Made by a program: the position numbers and the translations under genes
Source: Auanema rhodensis
Taxonomy: Eukaryota > Animalia > Nematoda
Length of the DNA stretch: 64,000 nt
Reading direction: 5' to 3'
NCBI GenBank assembly: GCA_964057225.1
Contig: OZ059900.1
Coordinates: 6,634,001 to 6,698,000, forward strand
Notes under the pieces: model-generated
What the model was told of the DNA's origin: nothing
Databases searched by the model: none
The model's input: the letters and a program-made list of their open reading frames with translations, nothing else
In this document: positions 22,401 to 35,900 of the stretch, one piece after another
Layout: each line of letters starts with the position of its first letter
Numbering within the stretch: position 1 is the stretch's first letter

Positions 22401-25400
22401 CATCAGTTTTTCACCGTTTTTTTGATCTTCTCTTTAAAGCTCACGGCATACGATTAGCAGAGTTACCGTATAAAAGGCATATCATCATCTACATGTAGAT
22501 CCTTTTTGCCAATTTTTGCAAGGCTTAGCGTTGCGAGCATTATCTCTAGTTCTGCCTTTTCGCTATATTGTGTGAGCTCATTAGATGCAGATACTCACAA
22601 AATTTTAATTCAAAAGAAGCTACTAGATAAGAATTCCAATGTTCTTTTAATGCTACTAGGTAAGAATGCTAATACAAACTACTAGGTGAGATAAACAACA
22701 AAAACAACAAACGACTGAGAACGGAGTAAGCAGCTCAACGTGAGTAATGAGAATTATGCCAGATAATATTATATAGTAAACTATTTGCATAAACAATTCT
22801 TGCCGATCAAAAATTGAGGAAAAAATAGAAATAGTGAATTGAAAAGAGTGGCTATAAGCAAATAATAGCAGCTATCTGTTTAAAATATGAAATAAGTCAT
22901 TGAAATAAAATAGTACTTTTGCTTCTTGATACCCAAAGTCAATAGCTTCTCACATTTCTCAACTATGAATAAGCTAAAGCTTGAATAGTTTGTAAGAATA
23001 TAGTTTTTCCAACCATATGTTATTATATGAAGTATAAATTCATAATAAGCTTGCCTATATTGAATATATAAAATAATCAAATAACTGAGTCCACTATTCA
23101 AAGTTGGATAAAACAAATTAGTCGGAATGAATAGAGAAGGCAACTGCATGAGAAAATTAAATACAAATTTAATTATACTTAATTATGCGTGTTTTGAGTT
23201 TCGAAACATTTTCTAACAAAGAAAAATTCCAAGTATAAAAAAAATGAAAACAATATATATTATTGGAGTTATGATCAAAATTTGTCGTGTATTGTTGGAG
23301 AAACTAAGTTATAATTTCAGATAAGAAAAGAAAAAATAGCATGTTATATTTTTTCTTTTGCATTGAATAGCAAAAGTTGTGCTCAAATGATCTTTCAACT
23401 CTGTTTTTGCAACCTTCCACCTTCAAAAAGTGTTCCGTTAGAAAAGAATTTTTAATTTGCGAGTCGCAGAAATATAATCGCTCAAAACATTGATAAACAT
23501 TAAACATAGGAGAAGAAAAACATGGCTAAGAAAAGCTTAGAAACATAAAATGTGCAATTCGTTTAACAAAAGCACAACTCTGGTAAACGTCAAACCGCAG
23601 TTCCTGTCAGAAAATAGTCGAAAATACAACATTCATGCTTAATAGCGAGTTAATGGAAATAATTCTAACAACGACTTAGAACAAGACGAATAATTCGTCG
23701 TATGAAAAAGATATACAACTAGTCCAAATATAATTTTTTTCTTTCAAGAGCTGAAAAAAGTTCAATTCTTAGATAAATGCATATATATATATATATATAC
23801 ACACACATACATACATATATACATACATACATATACCCTTCGGGATGGTGCTCGATTTCTTTTTCTTGCGTCCTCTCTCTCTCTCTCCCTTGTCTCTCTC
23901 TCTCTGTTTCTCTCTCAGTTCGTTTTCATTTCTTTCTTCAAAATATGTTTTGCTCTAGATTGTGTATAGCATCAGAGGACAAAGCCAATTCACATATACT
24001 ATATACACATAGATAACAACTGGCAAAGAGTGAGAAACCAGGCAGGAAGTGAAGACAACACAGCGATGCAAGCAGAAAAGAAACAGCAAAGTGATAGAAG
24101 ACAAGTAGTTAAAAGATAAAATGCAAGTAACAGAGATTAAAATTAAAATCGCTTTTCGGTTTTTATTTTCGAATACTCTTGACTTGTCTTTGCTCTCCAG
24201 TTCTAACATGCTAAACCATCTCATCTTATGTGATCCACTTCGTTCTCTGATCCGCGTTGAATGCATGAGAGCATGAACAATTTCCTCGGACACAAGTGCA
24301 TTCGAACTATTTTCCAATAAGCGAAAATTGAACATTTGCAAGCTTTACGAGCGCTTATATCAATGCTGTGTATAAATAATTTCCTCGTCGCAAAAGGATA
24401 AACACCTCTATGCCTCTTGGCTATGTAAGCTCTACTTGCTATTCTTTCTCTATATGCAACTTTGTCTTGCCTAATAACATTTCCGCTACACTGCCACACT
24501 TGCAACATTTTTTTTTCATCTCTGTTTTGAGCTTCATCATATGTATGCGTTGTTTTGTAAACGATCCTCGCCTCATTTCAAAATCTTGTTTTCTGTAGCA
24601 ACTGCTTTACGCAATAGCTTATGTACACAAACGTAATTATTTAACATTTTGATGAGAGAAGAGGGATAAACAATTCATTGCCTTTTCTTTACTAAAGTTC
24701 ACTTATTCAAGCTAAGCAAGTTTAGTGCTATGGCTCCGAGTATTTATATATTCCCTCATACGACGAATTGGTCAGTATCGAATATTTTTTGCATTTCCTT
24801 TCCAATTTGCGTATATTTTAAAACAATTGCACAATTTAAACATATAAATATATGGGCTATTTGTCTTTTAGCCATTCAAGACATTTTTTCAATAGTCACT
24901 CGTTAAAACATATGAGTTTAGCTTTTTCTCAAAACTATTAATGCAGAAAAAACCCTAGAAAAATGGTGGATAAGATGACAATAATTGAAGGATTTTTTAT
25001 CTCATCAAATACTCCGAAGAACAAATTTTATGCTTTTGATGCTAATTTAGCTTTTTCAAATTATCTTGATTCTCAAAAAGGCTCTCGAAAACTAAGAACT
25101 AGCAGCAAATTGACATATGAGGTAACACTCGTTTCTTAATCCGCCATTGGAAAAAAAAGCAAAAGCACTAAAAATGTAATGTGAATGTCAATAAGAAAAC
25201 AGCCAGCCATTGAAAATAATGCTGATGAACAGTTCTCAAATCTTCGTTTGAAAAACGTCAAAAGGCATTGCATTTCATCTCTTATTGCTCATTTCATATA
25301 AGGCATTTTTTTAAGTAAACAGATCTATTGAAACTAAAAAAAAACATAGTGAATGCGCTTTCGTTCAATCAAGACATAAAAAAAAATTCTTTTTGAAATT

Positions 25401-28400
25401 CAGCATCATAACACAAGTATTGTACAAATGCAAATCTACCGATTCCTATCAAAATGATGAATAAACATTCTTCAGTTCAAAAACTGAAGAAGCAATCACT
25501 GAGATACATTTCATCGTTCTTGGAAGATTGGGACAAGAGTTCAAGAAAATGAATTGTTATTTCTACGTCTGATTGATATTTTCAAGTGCAATCACTTGAT
25601 ATATAATTATATCAACATCTCATATACATTTTCTTATAAAACTACATAAAATTGAAACATTAGATCCTTCTTTCAAAATAACAATAAACATATTTTTATA
25701 CATTTTCTTTCTCAATGCTATAAAAATAGAAAATGTGAAAATAACCAATGTGCTCTTAGTTGCTCAAAAATAAGAAAATAAGATTTCATGTCAGATTAGC
25801 ATCTCTCTCAAAGTTATCCATTCATTCATTTTTTTATTGGGCTTCTTTATGTTCTTAATAGTCAAAAAAAATTTAATGTAAGCAAGTTAGGATCACATTC
25901 CGCTTTTCCAGATGAGAACTAGGTCAGCTGAGCAGTAATTCATTCAGCCAATAAAATATACAGATGGCAAAATTTAGAAACCGAAGATTATGCAAGTGTA
26001 TAAAAGAGGCCAACGATATCGGAAACAAATATCGCGTGCGAAATAAAAAAGATTTTCCCAATAAACAAGATTAATTCAAGAACTATAGCCACCTTTATCA
26101 AAGAATAGCCATATAGTTAGAATATGAATAGAATGAAGATCTTTGAATATATGTAAATTATTTTCATAATACATGGTTGAATATGAGAAGTTTTGAAAAT
26201 ATAGAAAAATATCGATCGCGTGTCATTGATGTACAACTATGAAGTAATAAATTTATGAATGGAAATTTGTTATCGGACAGGCATGACTAATATATACGCT
26301 AAACACAACCTTGGTTGGGTAAAAAAGTAAAAAGAAACAATCACTTTCCCAGCAGACACTGAAATTTGCGAGTTTTCTACTGTAATTTATTTGAATGTTC
26401 TTGGCATGATGATGCACAGGAGAAAATAAAAAAAAGAGATAAAGGATTATTCATAACGGCAGAGACTATTGATGAACGCTAAAACAGCCTTCTTGCATGT
26501 CAGAAGCAAAAAAAACAGTTTAAAACATTTTAATGCAAATATTGGTATGAGCATTTAAATTTTTCAAATATGGAACAGCTAAGTGTGGGCAAGCGCAATA
26601 TACTCAAAGTCAGATAAAATTTCGAGACCTCAATAACTTTTTCTACAATTTGTGTATATATTCACTCACAAATACACATAGTCATAGATAAAAGGAAAGA
26701 GATGAGGTACATTTGCGTCTATTATTTCAAAAGAAAACTCCCGAGACGATGTCAGCATGAGAACACATTACATGCTGAGCAGCATCTGCTCGTGACAATG
26801 TGTCAAATCGTAATTTTGAAACAAAGCAAAGAGAACATATTGCTTCAGCCTGAATGAATATATGTAGTTCATGTTCATTTTAGCTTCACAATTCATTGGT
26901 ACTTTTATTATAACTATATAAATTATAATAAAACTCAAGAAAACGATTATCAGCTCTAAGATAGTTTTTTTCATCTCTCTTAACACATAAATAACAAGCA
27001 ATACATTCAAGGTATAATCAGTTTGTGAAGTTTCTGTGGATAGTCGCGATGTTTCGACTCAATGCAGAGAGGGCGTACGTAATCAGTTTGCATTTTCCTT
27101 TCTGTTCATATCAATGTAGACGTAATGTCGAAGCAATTTTTAATATTAGACATGAAATCGGATAAACAACGTTATCGCAGTAAGTGGAAGATGCTCATTT
27201 CTCGTTTATTTGCAAGTATTTTACATTGATGGTATTATCAGTTCGCATTGTTTCAGTTCAAATATAAATAAAAAATTTTACATATCGTGAATATTTGAAT
27301 GTACAAAGATCGTTTATAAGTTATGAGAAATGCTCTCATTTGTGACTACAAGCTGTTCAAATTTGGAAAATACAGAAAAATAGAAAAAAAGGATCGTAAT
27401 TGATCAACTTTCGCAGATGAAACGCTTCTAAGATAATGATTGAGAAAGAATTGTTGCTAGAATTTCGAATGTGAAACAAACATAAATCCTCATAAAGTGA
27501 AAACTGATAAAATTCATTTCTTGAGAATGAATAATATAAAAAGGGAAAACGCTGGAGAGCTACCCTTAATGAAAACAATTTTTACTATTATGATGGAAGA
27601 AACGACACGTAGGTACGTCGATATGACCAAAACAACAAAGTACTCAGAAACCTGACAGACACGCATGAGATCGACATTAGCGAGAAGAAGAGAAAAAGAA
27701 TGACTGGCATCACACAGATGTTTGAGTTGCTAATGTGAAAAATATGCCTTGACAGTGTCAACTGTTCTCTTCAACGCTTGCGTTGTCCACCTTTCTTCAT
27801 TCCTAATTTCTACAATGTAATATTGTCATCGGATACAATCTCTGTTTTGGTTTTTACGTTAGATATGTATATACTGATTAAATCATTCTAATCGATAACT
27901 ACGATTACTTATATTTTAAAAAAATTACTTGATTCTAACACGAACTAGAAGTAAGAATAAAAAATGAGTAGCATCGCTATATGCCAACAAATTAGATTTT
28001 ATTCTAAAATAAAAACGAATAGCGATTTGTGAAATGTGGCCAGTACCAGTTTGTTTCACTATTTAATCATTGGGTTTGAGAGAAATTTAAAATGAACACA
28101 GAAAAACTGTCATATAATTCCCATAGAAGTAGAGAGCAATAGAGTTTGGCAAAATAAACGAAAACGTCAGCAAAAACAGAATGCTATTTAATGATAACGC
28201 AGCTGATAAAAAGTTTGAAACGGAACACTATTGGAAATATTCAACAGCAGAAATAAACTCTTAATATCTTTCAAATCTAATTAATTGCTTCGCTTATGAA
28301 AACAATTTAATATAAAAACATTTTACTAGCTTCTAGTTAACTTATCTATTCAAGTAGAAGAAAAAAATTAAAAACTAACTGCACGTGACTTGGCTTTTCA

Positions 28401-30020
28401 CCCAACATATTTCGTCCAACAAAATTCATATTTCTGGGTAGTTTCCAAATATAGTCAGCAAAGACATCTTCAAATTCCGTGAGCTGTATAGTATTTTCAA
28501 AGCGTGTAGTTAAAACATCTGTAGATGACAAGGTGTCATCGGAAGTAGATGAAGACTCTGATGAGGAAAGTTCGCCAATCAAATTAGTAAACTCTGATGT
28601 TTGACAACCGAGCAATAGCATGTTCGGTAGAATTGATAGCGGATGTGAATCGGATGCTGTTTATTCCGATGCAATAAAGAAAGCAAGAGTGCTGATTGAT
28701 TAACAATAATAGCGTTGAGTTCTAGTAGACAATCAGGAAAACTAATCACTAGTTGTCAATTAAAATAAATAGTTTTTGTCGATGTAGTATGCTGTATAGA
28801 GTACAACAGAGAAATAGACAGTCTAGCGTCCGAATATCTTTTTAAGAGTGACGGATACGTAAGATATGTATGAAGTGCAAGATGAAGAAGCAGATATACG
28901 AATCACTTAGAGTGAAGCAGCAAAAGCCGTCGCGTTCAATGAGTAGGAGGAGAATAGAGGCGGGAAGATTCACCACGACAACAACGATGTAGACAACTAT
29001 GGTCGTTCAGCGTGAATACCAATTTTCAAGAAAATACTGTGGATAAAACATTAATAAACCACTGCTTTCTACTTCAACTAAAAATGAAAATTATGTAAAA
29101 AAAAGTCAACGAACACATAAAATTACAATTCTTCTAAATTTGGCAAAAGTGAACAGCTACTGTTGATGCTCAGTTCAATTACAGCTTTCTCGACTAATTA
29201 TTCCCTTACAATGCAATAATTTACAAGAAGAGATAAAAAGTCTTGGCTTCACAAAGACTTTAATAGAAATGAAGAAGTGGCGTGAAAGAGAAAAAAGTAA
29301 AAAAAAATGGTACACCTTATCTATCACCATATACCACATGAGAGATCATATGCTTGGTAGAAGTGTAAAGAGTACTTAAAACAGCTGCATGCTTTCTATT
29401 TATTAAGTATTATATTGATGTAAATAAGTACCAAAGATCTAATTTTAAAGTTGCTCAAGACAGTCCGCCAATTACGTGCCAGTTTTTTATTGTTATTATT
29501 CTTTCTGGAGGCTAATTTGAAACATTAAAATCATTGAATTCATTGTATAATTTCGCAAGAGTTAAAAATTCAGCTTGGAGACCTGGTTTCAACATTGAAG
29601 CTTCAAGATCCATTTATTCTTATTCTCAGAATAAACTCAACTAGCTCGATTATTCAACCAAGTTCCAGAATTTTGTCTAAATAACAGCTACAAAATAGCG
29701 TCAAACTCGGCAAAACTCTAAAATTTGTATCATGTGATAGAAGATTTACTAGATACCAATATAGAGTTACATTATGTGTAGCTTAACGCTCTAAAGCAAC
29801 TAAACTTTTCTGCTTAAACTACGTATAAGTCACATGATTTTATTATTTAAGCTTGGTTGAGCAAAAATTCATCAGCATTAAGCATCTTTGTTCCGCTCTA
29901 GAGCTTAACAAGTGCCGGATAGATGCCTCAAGGCAACTAGAGGAAGCTGGATGATGATGAAGAAATGAAGATGACAACAATATACATATATCTTAACTCA
30001 GATGTCTGAATGCACATGCT

Positions 30021-30060
<40 letters not shown>

Positions 30061-32557
30061 TAAACCCGAACACAATCCAAGGGCTGACATCAGAAGGCCA
30101 TTCACTCTGCCATACTGAGAATAAATCTAAATGTCAGCAAATACATATAGCCTTGAAAGAAATGACTAATGACATATTGCTCTCTTCCGATTTTCTTTCC
30201 TGTCCAGTTTGTTTCTTTTTATTTTCCACAATTTCATTCGCCTTCACATCTTATTCTAGGAACTTATATACTCATCCTCAGAAATGACAAACAAGCTATT
30301 CATAAAGTAAAAAAAAGCCTCATTTACTATGAATTTCGCAATGTCTTCAATTATTGCTCAAAAAATTAAAGTAACAAAATGATAAGAAAACGTCATTCTT
30401 AAAAAAAAAAGCTAAAATTAACAGTTGAAAGGCATAAACTAGTTGGGCATATGACACATCCTTTTTTCTTGCTCAGCTTTTTTGCACAAATCCTGCTATG
30501 CGATAAGCAATAATATTAATAACTACAAAACGTCATCTATCATGAAAAATAACTTTGAAAAGTAGAAAAATGAATAATTCATCAATATTGGTAGCTAGTT
30601 TTTAAAATATATTTGTTATTGTTAATTGGTTATAGAGCATTCAAAGTTCATAAGCGCGTCTACCTTTGTTTTCACAAAAAGTTTTGATACACACCCCAAT
30701 CAGTTCAAATTAAAAACATGTATCTTCACATGGTGCACAAGGAAATGAATGTCAGAATGATTGAGCAACAACAAATTTTGTTTGAGAAAGACTTCATTTA
30801 CAACATTAGATAATAACGTTTGACGCTTTTCAAATATGCTGTTGGAGCATACATAGCAAACTTAGTTGATTTTAATTTCCTCAACCGTTTCTGTACTCTC
30901 TCGAGGATATTCTTCAATTATTTCTCTGATTACATCTGTTCGTCATTTTGACCATTTGCTGTCAATCATAACCACGTGATGTATTCAGCCATGATCATTG
31001 GCTACAAACTTTCATTGCCAACAACGTAGTTAGATTGCGAAACTAGAGAGACATATACGTTATTACAGAAGAAAAACATTGAAATATTTGAGGAGAAGTA
31101 GACATTGGATCAAGGAACAAAGGCAAAATAAATGACTTAAAATCGAAAGAAGAAGAAAAAAACTGAATCATAGAATCTTTCAACTGATCATTACTTTTGG
31201 TTGGTTAGCCACTTGTAATTCTAAATTTGAAAATTATTCTCAAAAATGATTGTCATTCAAAGTTATAACACCCCCCCCCATTTCATAAGCAATGTATATT
31301 GGTCAATTTCCACTTCACTTCCTTCCAGCTTCATTATATATTCAATAATTTGGATTTATTTTTATTAGATGCCCATTCATAACTACTACTTATTTTAAGT
31401 GCTACTAAAGATGTTGGAACTGCATCTGCTCAACTAATTTTTTTTCAGTTGCTGCTCTCTCGCGATGTTATCTGGGTGGTCGTTTATGCCAAAATCACAG
31501 GGCCTGACAAATGAGCAAGCAACGGCTACATGCTTTACTGCTGTACTCATTTTTATCGTCTTTTGCTTTCGATTTTTCACGTCGGCAGGTCAGAGAACAG
31601 TGAGTGGGCAGCGAAAACGCATATAAAATGGCAGCTGAATATAAAAATATAACTGGTGGGGTAGAGTGTTTTCAATGACGGTTAATACATCGATATTCAA
31701 ACAACAACCGTCCAAAGCATTTTTTGCTGAGATTGCATCAGGACATTCTAATACTCATGACCATCAGAACAAGATACTTTTATTGCAGTCACGAGAATAC
31801 GAAAAATAGCGCACTAGAGATGAGATCAGTTTCTGTTTAGAAAATAGATTGAGAGATTTGAAGAGAAAAAATGTTAGCAGAGCTAAACGCAGGTAAAAGC
31901 AATCCAATAATAATAAACTAATTTCTTTTTATTCGTCTAGTATTCAGTCCGATCTTTATGTAATCAGTCATTCATCACTTTTTTCAAATCAATGAATTCT
32001 CTATTAGCTTGTTATTTTTTTATTTGTTCAGATGTTATGCTTCTCGTTTTTATATTCGTTAATCAAAGAATGTCCTTGTACCCCATTCAATCATACCTTT
32101 CGCTCAAAATATAAACACCAAATAAAATCAATATTTCCATTTTATTAAACACCGAAATGGTGGACCAATTTGTTTCAAACCGAGAAAAAGAACAATTTCG
32201 CGAAATGTCTATCAATCGGCTAATCCAATTAATGCTAAATGGAAACCACAAAAGATAGCCTGTACGTCGAAACGATATCTTCACATTTTTGCTTGATTGT
32301 ATGAGTCAGATGCTTGTCATGACGTGAAAGTACGCTATATGACTTGAACACCATTGAAAGATTGTGAAAATATTTCGAAATTTTCTAATATTCAAGTCCA
32401 ATTTTATTTTTCAAGTTTACAGCAAGTTATACAACTTCACGTAGTAAAATAAACTTACATTTATCATTATAAATTGATTTTTTTCATAAAAATAATAAAC
32501 TTAAACTAACTGTTGATGATGTGGTTTTTCGACTCGTTCCGATTCGGCGCTTGCCAT
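10453..32557 (-). CDS. unk-1: Unkempt-family tandem CCCH zinc-finger RNA-binding protein, 17 coding exons, ~685 aa
   Basis: Exons: 32557-32511, 13546-13433, 13374-13279, 13188-13077, 12946-12893, 12845-12752, 12704-12569, 12519-12366, 12321-12031, 11987-11862, 11795-11705 (alternative donor at 11699), 11623-11534, 11476-11378, 11304-11183, 11133-10999, 10950-10741, 10539-10453. Phases are consistent throughout. Unkempt signatures: EKPHHQHYLNDFRVEAC...CQQHRPYTCFNWHFANQRRRR, NYSPDIYC, ERKYHLRYYKT, YKTEQCRKPARLCRQGYACPFYHNSKDRRR, CQYCHTRTEQQFHPEIYKSTKCNDM, GYCPRAVFCAFAH, KAPGFER, and the coiled coil WEEGLKQARQACEAWREEA. Confidence 0.95.
13665..13685 (-). CDS. Candidate 21-nt microexon of unkempt (KLCCNK)
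   Basis: Acceptor ttacag and donor gtatgt. Length is divisible by 3 and the exon is open in phase 2. Confidence 0.3.
13758..13828 (-). CDS. Candidate proximal alternative first exon of unkempt (MCAINPVYPIMSCSTSYQFFKYSH)
   Basis: Two in-frame ATGs (13828 and 13798) and the same phase-2 donor ca|gttagt at 13757. In frame with exon 13546. Confidence 0.45.
18585..18644 (-). CDS. Candidate 60-nt frame-preserving cassette exon in unkempt intron 1 (LAFWCEEVASLLYGSQMLN)
   Basis: Acceptor tttcaag and strong donor gtaagt. Phase 2 in and phase 2 out, with no stop in the unkempt frame. Confidence 0.4.
20588..20772 (-). CDS. Possible further alternative first exon of unkempt (MSGSALRELSIV...)
   Basis: GC-richer block with an ATG near an upstream acceptor and 61 open codons. 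The phase-2 donor tg|gtagtg is weak and there is no EKP motif. Confidence 0.25.
23777..23895. repeat. Compound (AT)/(ACAT)/(CT) simple repeats
   Basis: Read directly from the sequence. Confidence 0.8.
28380..28621 (-). CDS. unk-1: unkempt alternative first exon (80 codons, ends GEKPSHVH)
   Basis: Open frame from ATG 28621, Ser/acidic rich. It ends gaa aag cca agt cac gtg ca|gttagt (phase 2), giving EKPSHVH-YLNDFR when joined to 13546. Confidence 0.75.
30024..30056. repeat. (AC)n microsatellite
   Basis: About 16 AC units. Confidence 0.9.
31465..31626 (+). CDS. Candidate small single-pass membrane protein (53 aa), antisense and nested in unkempt intron 1
   Basis: A ctaat...tttttcag acceptor ends at 31448, 16 nt before the ATG. 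The ORF reads MLSGWSFMPKSQGLTNEQATATCFTAVLIFIVFCFRFFTSAGQRTVSGQRKRI. There is an internal phase-0 donor gtgagt at 31600. Confidence 0.3.
   Translation: MLSGWSFMPKSQGLTNEQATATCFTAVLIFIVFCFRFFTSAGQRTVSGQRKRI
32511..32557 (-). CDS. unk-1: unkempt first coding exon (distal), MASAESERVEKPHHQH
   Basis: ATG at 32557 and phase-2 donor ca|gttagt. Joined to the 13546 acceptor it gives EKPHHQH-YLNDFR, matching the conserved Unkempt EKPxHxxYL motif. Confidence 0.85.
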
Positions 32558-32925
32558 AGTGCTAGTACCTAATTGCTATCGGTTGCTGTACGCTTCGTCT
32601 TCTAATCCACTTGCTGGTCCAGAGCAGTGATTTGGGAGACGAACAACAAAAAAAATTCCGACAGACTATCCTCAGTCAGAACTGCTTGTGATTCTCAAAA
32701 AAGAAAAAGCTTAATGAAGTAAGAAGAAAAGAAATACAAATAATACACACAAACAAAACCACGTATATTCACAAATTTATAATATAATAATGGAAATATA
32801 GATGAGTGAAAAAAAATACGATTTGATACAAAAAATGCACAGATGATAGAGAAACAACCACCATTCATAGACACGCACTTGAAAACACGCGTAAATGCGG
32901 ATTCACGCGAGATGTGAATAGATAA

Positions 32926-32927
<2 letters not shown>

Positions 32928-32963
<36 letters not shown>
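32928..32963. repeat. (TA)18 microsatellite
   Basis: Read directly from the sequence. Confidence 0.9.
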
Positions 32964-32964
<1 letters not shown>

Positions 32965-35900
32965 TATACTATACTTACAATGTTAGTATTAATATAACAC
33001 ACAATATTGAATGGTGATGCTGACCATTCTGCCAATGTGTATGTATGTGAGAGTTAGAAAGGGAGATTGATTAACGATGTGGATGTCACAAATACATACG
33101 TGATTGATTTGATAAACAGACTAGTGAAAATGTGCATCACACAGAGAAAAAAAATAAAAAAAGCATTTCAGGAAGAACTGAGAAGAAATTGAAAGAAACT
33201 AAAGGAAAACAGAATTCGAGACCAAAACAAACAAAGAAAAACAGTGAGAAAAAATTGAAGCAAATGGTTGTAGTCAAGGCCAAATGCAGTTAGAACGTGT
33301 GTGTAGCAATAATGAGCAGCAAACAGTCTAAGAATGTATAAACGTCTTCAACACATGTACATAACTGCAGAAACACACAGACACTCATAGAGATGGATAC
33401 ATTTTGGCTATATGAATTAGGTTTAGTAAAAGTAGTATAATGTATGGTGTAAATGTGGTGCCCATTAAAAAAGCTCAGAACGAAGAAATGTATAATGCAT
33501 TCTGTATTCAGATGTCTTGCTCGAAATATATATATATGAACGGTTAGATCTGTTTTTATATAACGCCCATCATATTTTGCAGCAATTTTTTCCAACCATT
33601 AATGCTGTCATGGAGACAAAAATAATTTAGATTTAAAATACTTTTGAACATATAATTAAAGTATACTTATAGAAAGTCTTTTTCTCATTTTTTTTCTTCG
33701 GTTGATTGTGGTCCTAGCCGAAAAGTAGCAAAAAAAAGATAGAAGGTAAACAAAATTGCTTCACTTGAAGTTTACAAACAGAAATGACTCAAAAATCCGT
33801 ATGTTTCTGTCGAACTAGAAAAAAAATTATGCAAATTTGATGATAGATTTGTCAAAAAAGCATGAGACGCAGTCATAAAACCCAGTTAACAGATTTCAGT
33901 AGTGGCCAAAATCAAGAATTAAATGCATATTATAGACAACTAAAGCACAGCAACGGATGAAGCCAGAAATTCATAGCTACGCGCAAGCGCTGCATACATA
34001 TGTCCCAAATCAAACGCTTGCTCATACAATGCTGTGACTGCTCTCTTCCTCTCTCATATACTAATTGTAGTATCCTGCTAGCTTATTCGTTTTGTCTGGC
34101 CATTAATTCGTTGAAAGAAAATAAGCGTAAACATGTGAAATATATCTATTGTATTAGAATATAATCTATATATAAAATTAAAAGACAATTACTAGTGCAA
34201 CAACAAGCCATATAATCTATGAAACCCATGCCATTCCCTGTATTTATATTAATTTTTAAGCACACAACTTTGTTTGGCTTTATACAATGATAGAGCATAT
34301 ATAACTATATATTTTTGGTTATAATTATTAATTTTAGTGTGAATATGTATATACATTTTCACATAAATATTATAAAAAGTTCAATGTAAATTGAAAAGTT
34401 GTGTGAATGACGCATAAAACGATAAATAAGTACAATACAATTAGTAAAACGATTCCCTAATTTATTATCGTGTATGCCAAAAAGTTTTCAATTGAAACGT
34501 TTAACTTGAATTCATTGTTTCATAGGATTATATAGCTTTGGAAAGAAAAGGTATGAAATGTCGCATATATAGGAGGATTAGGACAAATGAAAATGGTTTT
34601 CTATTATAGTTAAGACAGCACGTATTGTTAGAGAAATGAAAATTTGATCATACATGAACCAACGATAAAGAAAAGGCGTAAAGAGAGAGAGAGACAGAAG
34701 CAGAGAGAAACAAAGAAGACAAGATAGTGATGAAATGTGGAATTAGGATACAGCGAGAAGTAAATGTAGCAGAGGTAGAGAAGGAACACCAACAAAAAAC
34801 CTGTTGTCTCGAGTTGAGAAATGAACAAAATCATTGTGCGTATTCAGTTTTAAGATAGTACTTAGTTAGATAGCAAATGCCCTCACATGGTTGGAGATAA
34901 TTTAAAAAATATAAAAACCTTCTAATCTAGCATATCATAGTTTTTCAAAAGATAGCAACCTGACGTTTTCAGTTTATAAGTCAATATAAGAAAGACAAAT
35001 AAAGAAAAGTCATAATACAGCCATTTACAATGCCATAATCATAGATAAATCTAATGCTAATAAATTGGTGATGCACTGAAACGCTGTGAGCAAAACCAAA
35101 TGACCAGGTGCCTAGCAGAAGCGGTATGTTTAGTAATCTATCGACATGAGTCATTGGTTTGTGTGCATGTCTGAGTATACATGCAAGCTTCCAATCTGCA
35201 TCAATTCAATCTCACAGAACACACATGACAGTTGCTTGAATAATGAAAAATGCCATTCAGTCCACTATTCTCAAAAGCTAGCTGTAGAGATTCACATTTC
35301 TACATTATTTCTCCAAGTGTACCTCATGACACGCATACTACAATGGTACATTTGGATACGGTACATGAAAAAAAGCTGTAAACGAATTTGACCGAACTAT
35401 TTCTGACATTCCTTTATCTACTGCTAATCTAAAAGTCTAAAACGCAGCGACAAAAGATTTGAACAATTCTGAGGAAAGTTGACACATTCAACAGATTGCC
35501 GAGTAAATTTTATCGTTGAAAAAAAAGCAGTAAATTAGAAAATCTCTTGCTCAGGAATATAATAATGAAACCAATAAATGTATCATTTTGTATGAACTAT
35601 TGAAAAATTGTAATCATGTCGTGAGCTTAGAATGAACAAAACATTAGGCTGATATCTTTTCAAATAAAATCTGAAAAATAATATATCAGCTGAGAACAAA
35701 ACATAGCATAGAAAGTGAAAATTAGAAGCTAACTAGAAGTCAAAGAAGAAAAAAAAGAGAAATAAGAAAGTAGAAGCCGCTTTACGCGTGAGAACGTTTA
35801 ATAATACTTCATTTGAGGTGTTGCAAATTCACAGCACATTTCAGGCAAATGCATGGATTAAATAGTGTTAACAGGCTCATTTCACACAAAACTATTATCA

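Noticed and set aside
31448-31522. miR-2/miR-250-like seed (AATCACAG) on a hairpin 3' arm
   Set aside because: The stem has too many bulges and asymmetric loops for a Drosha/Dicer substrate.
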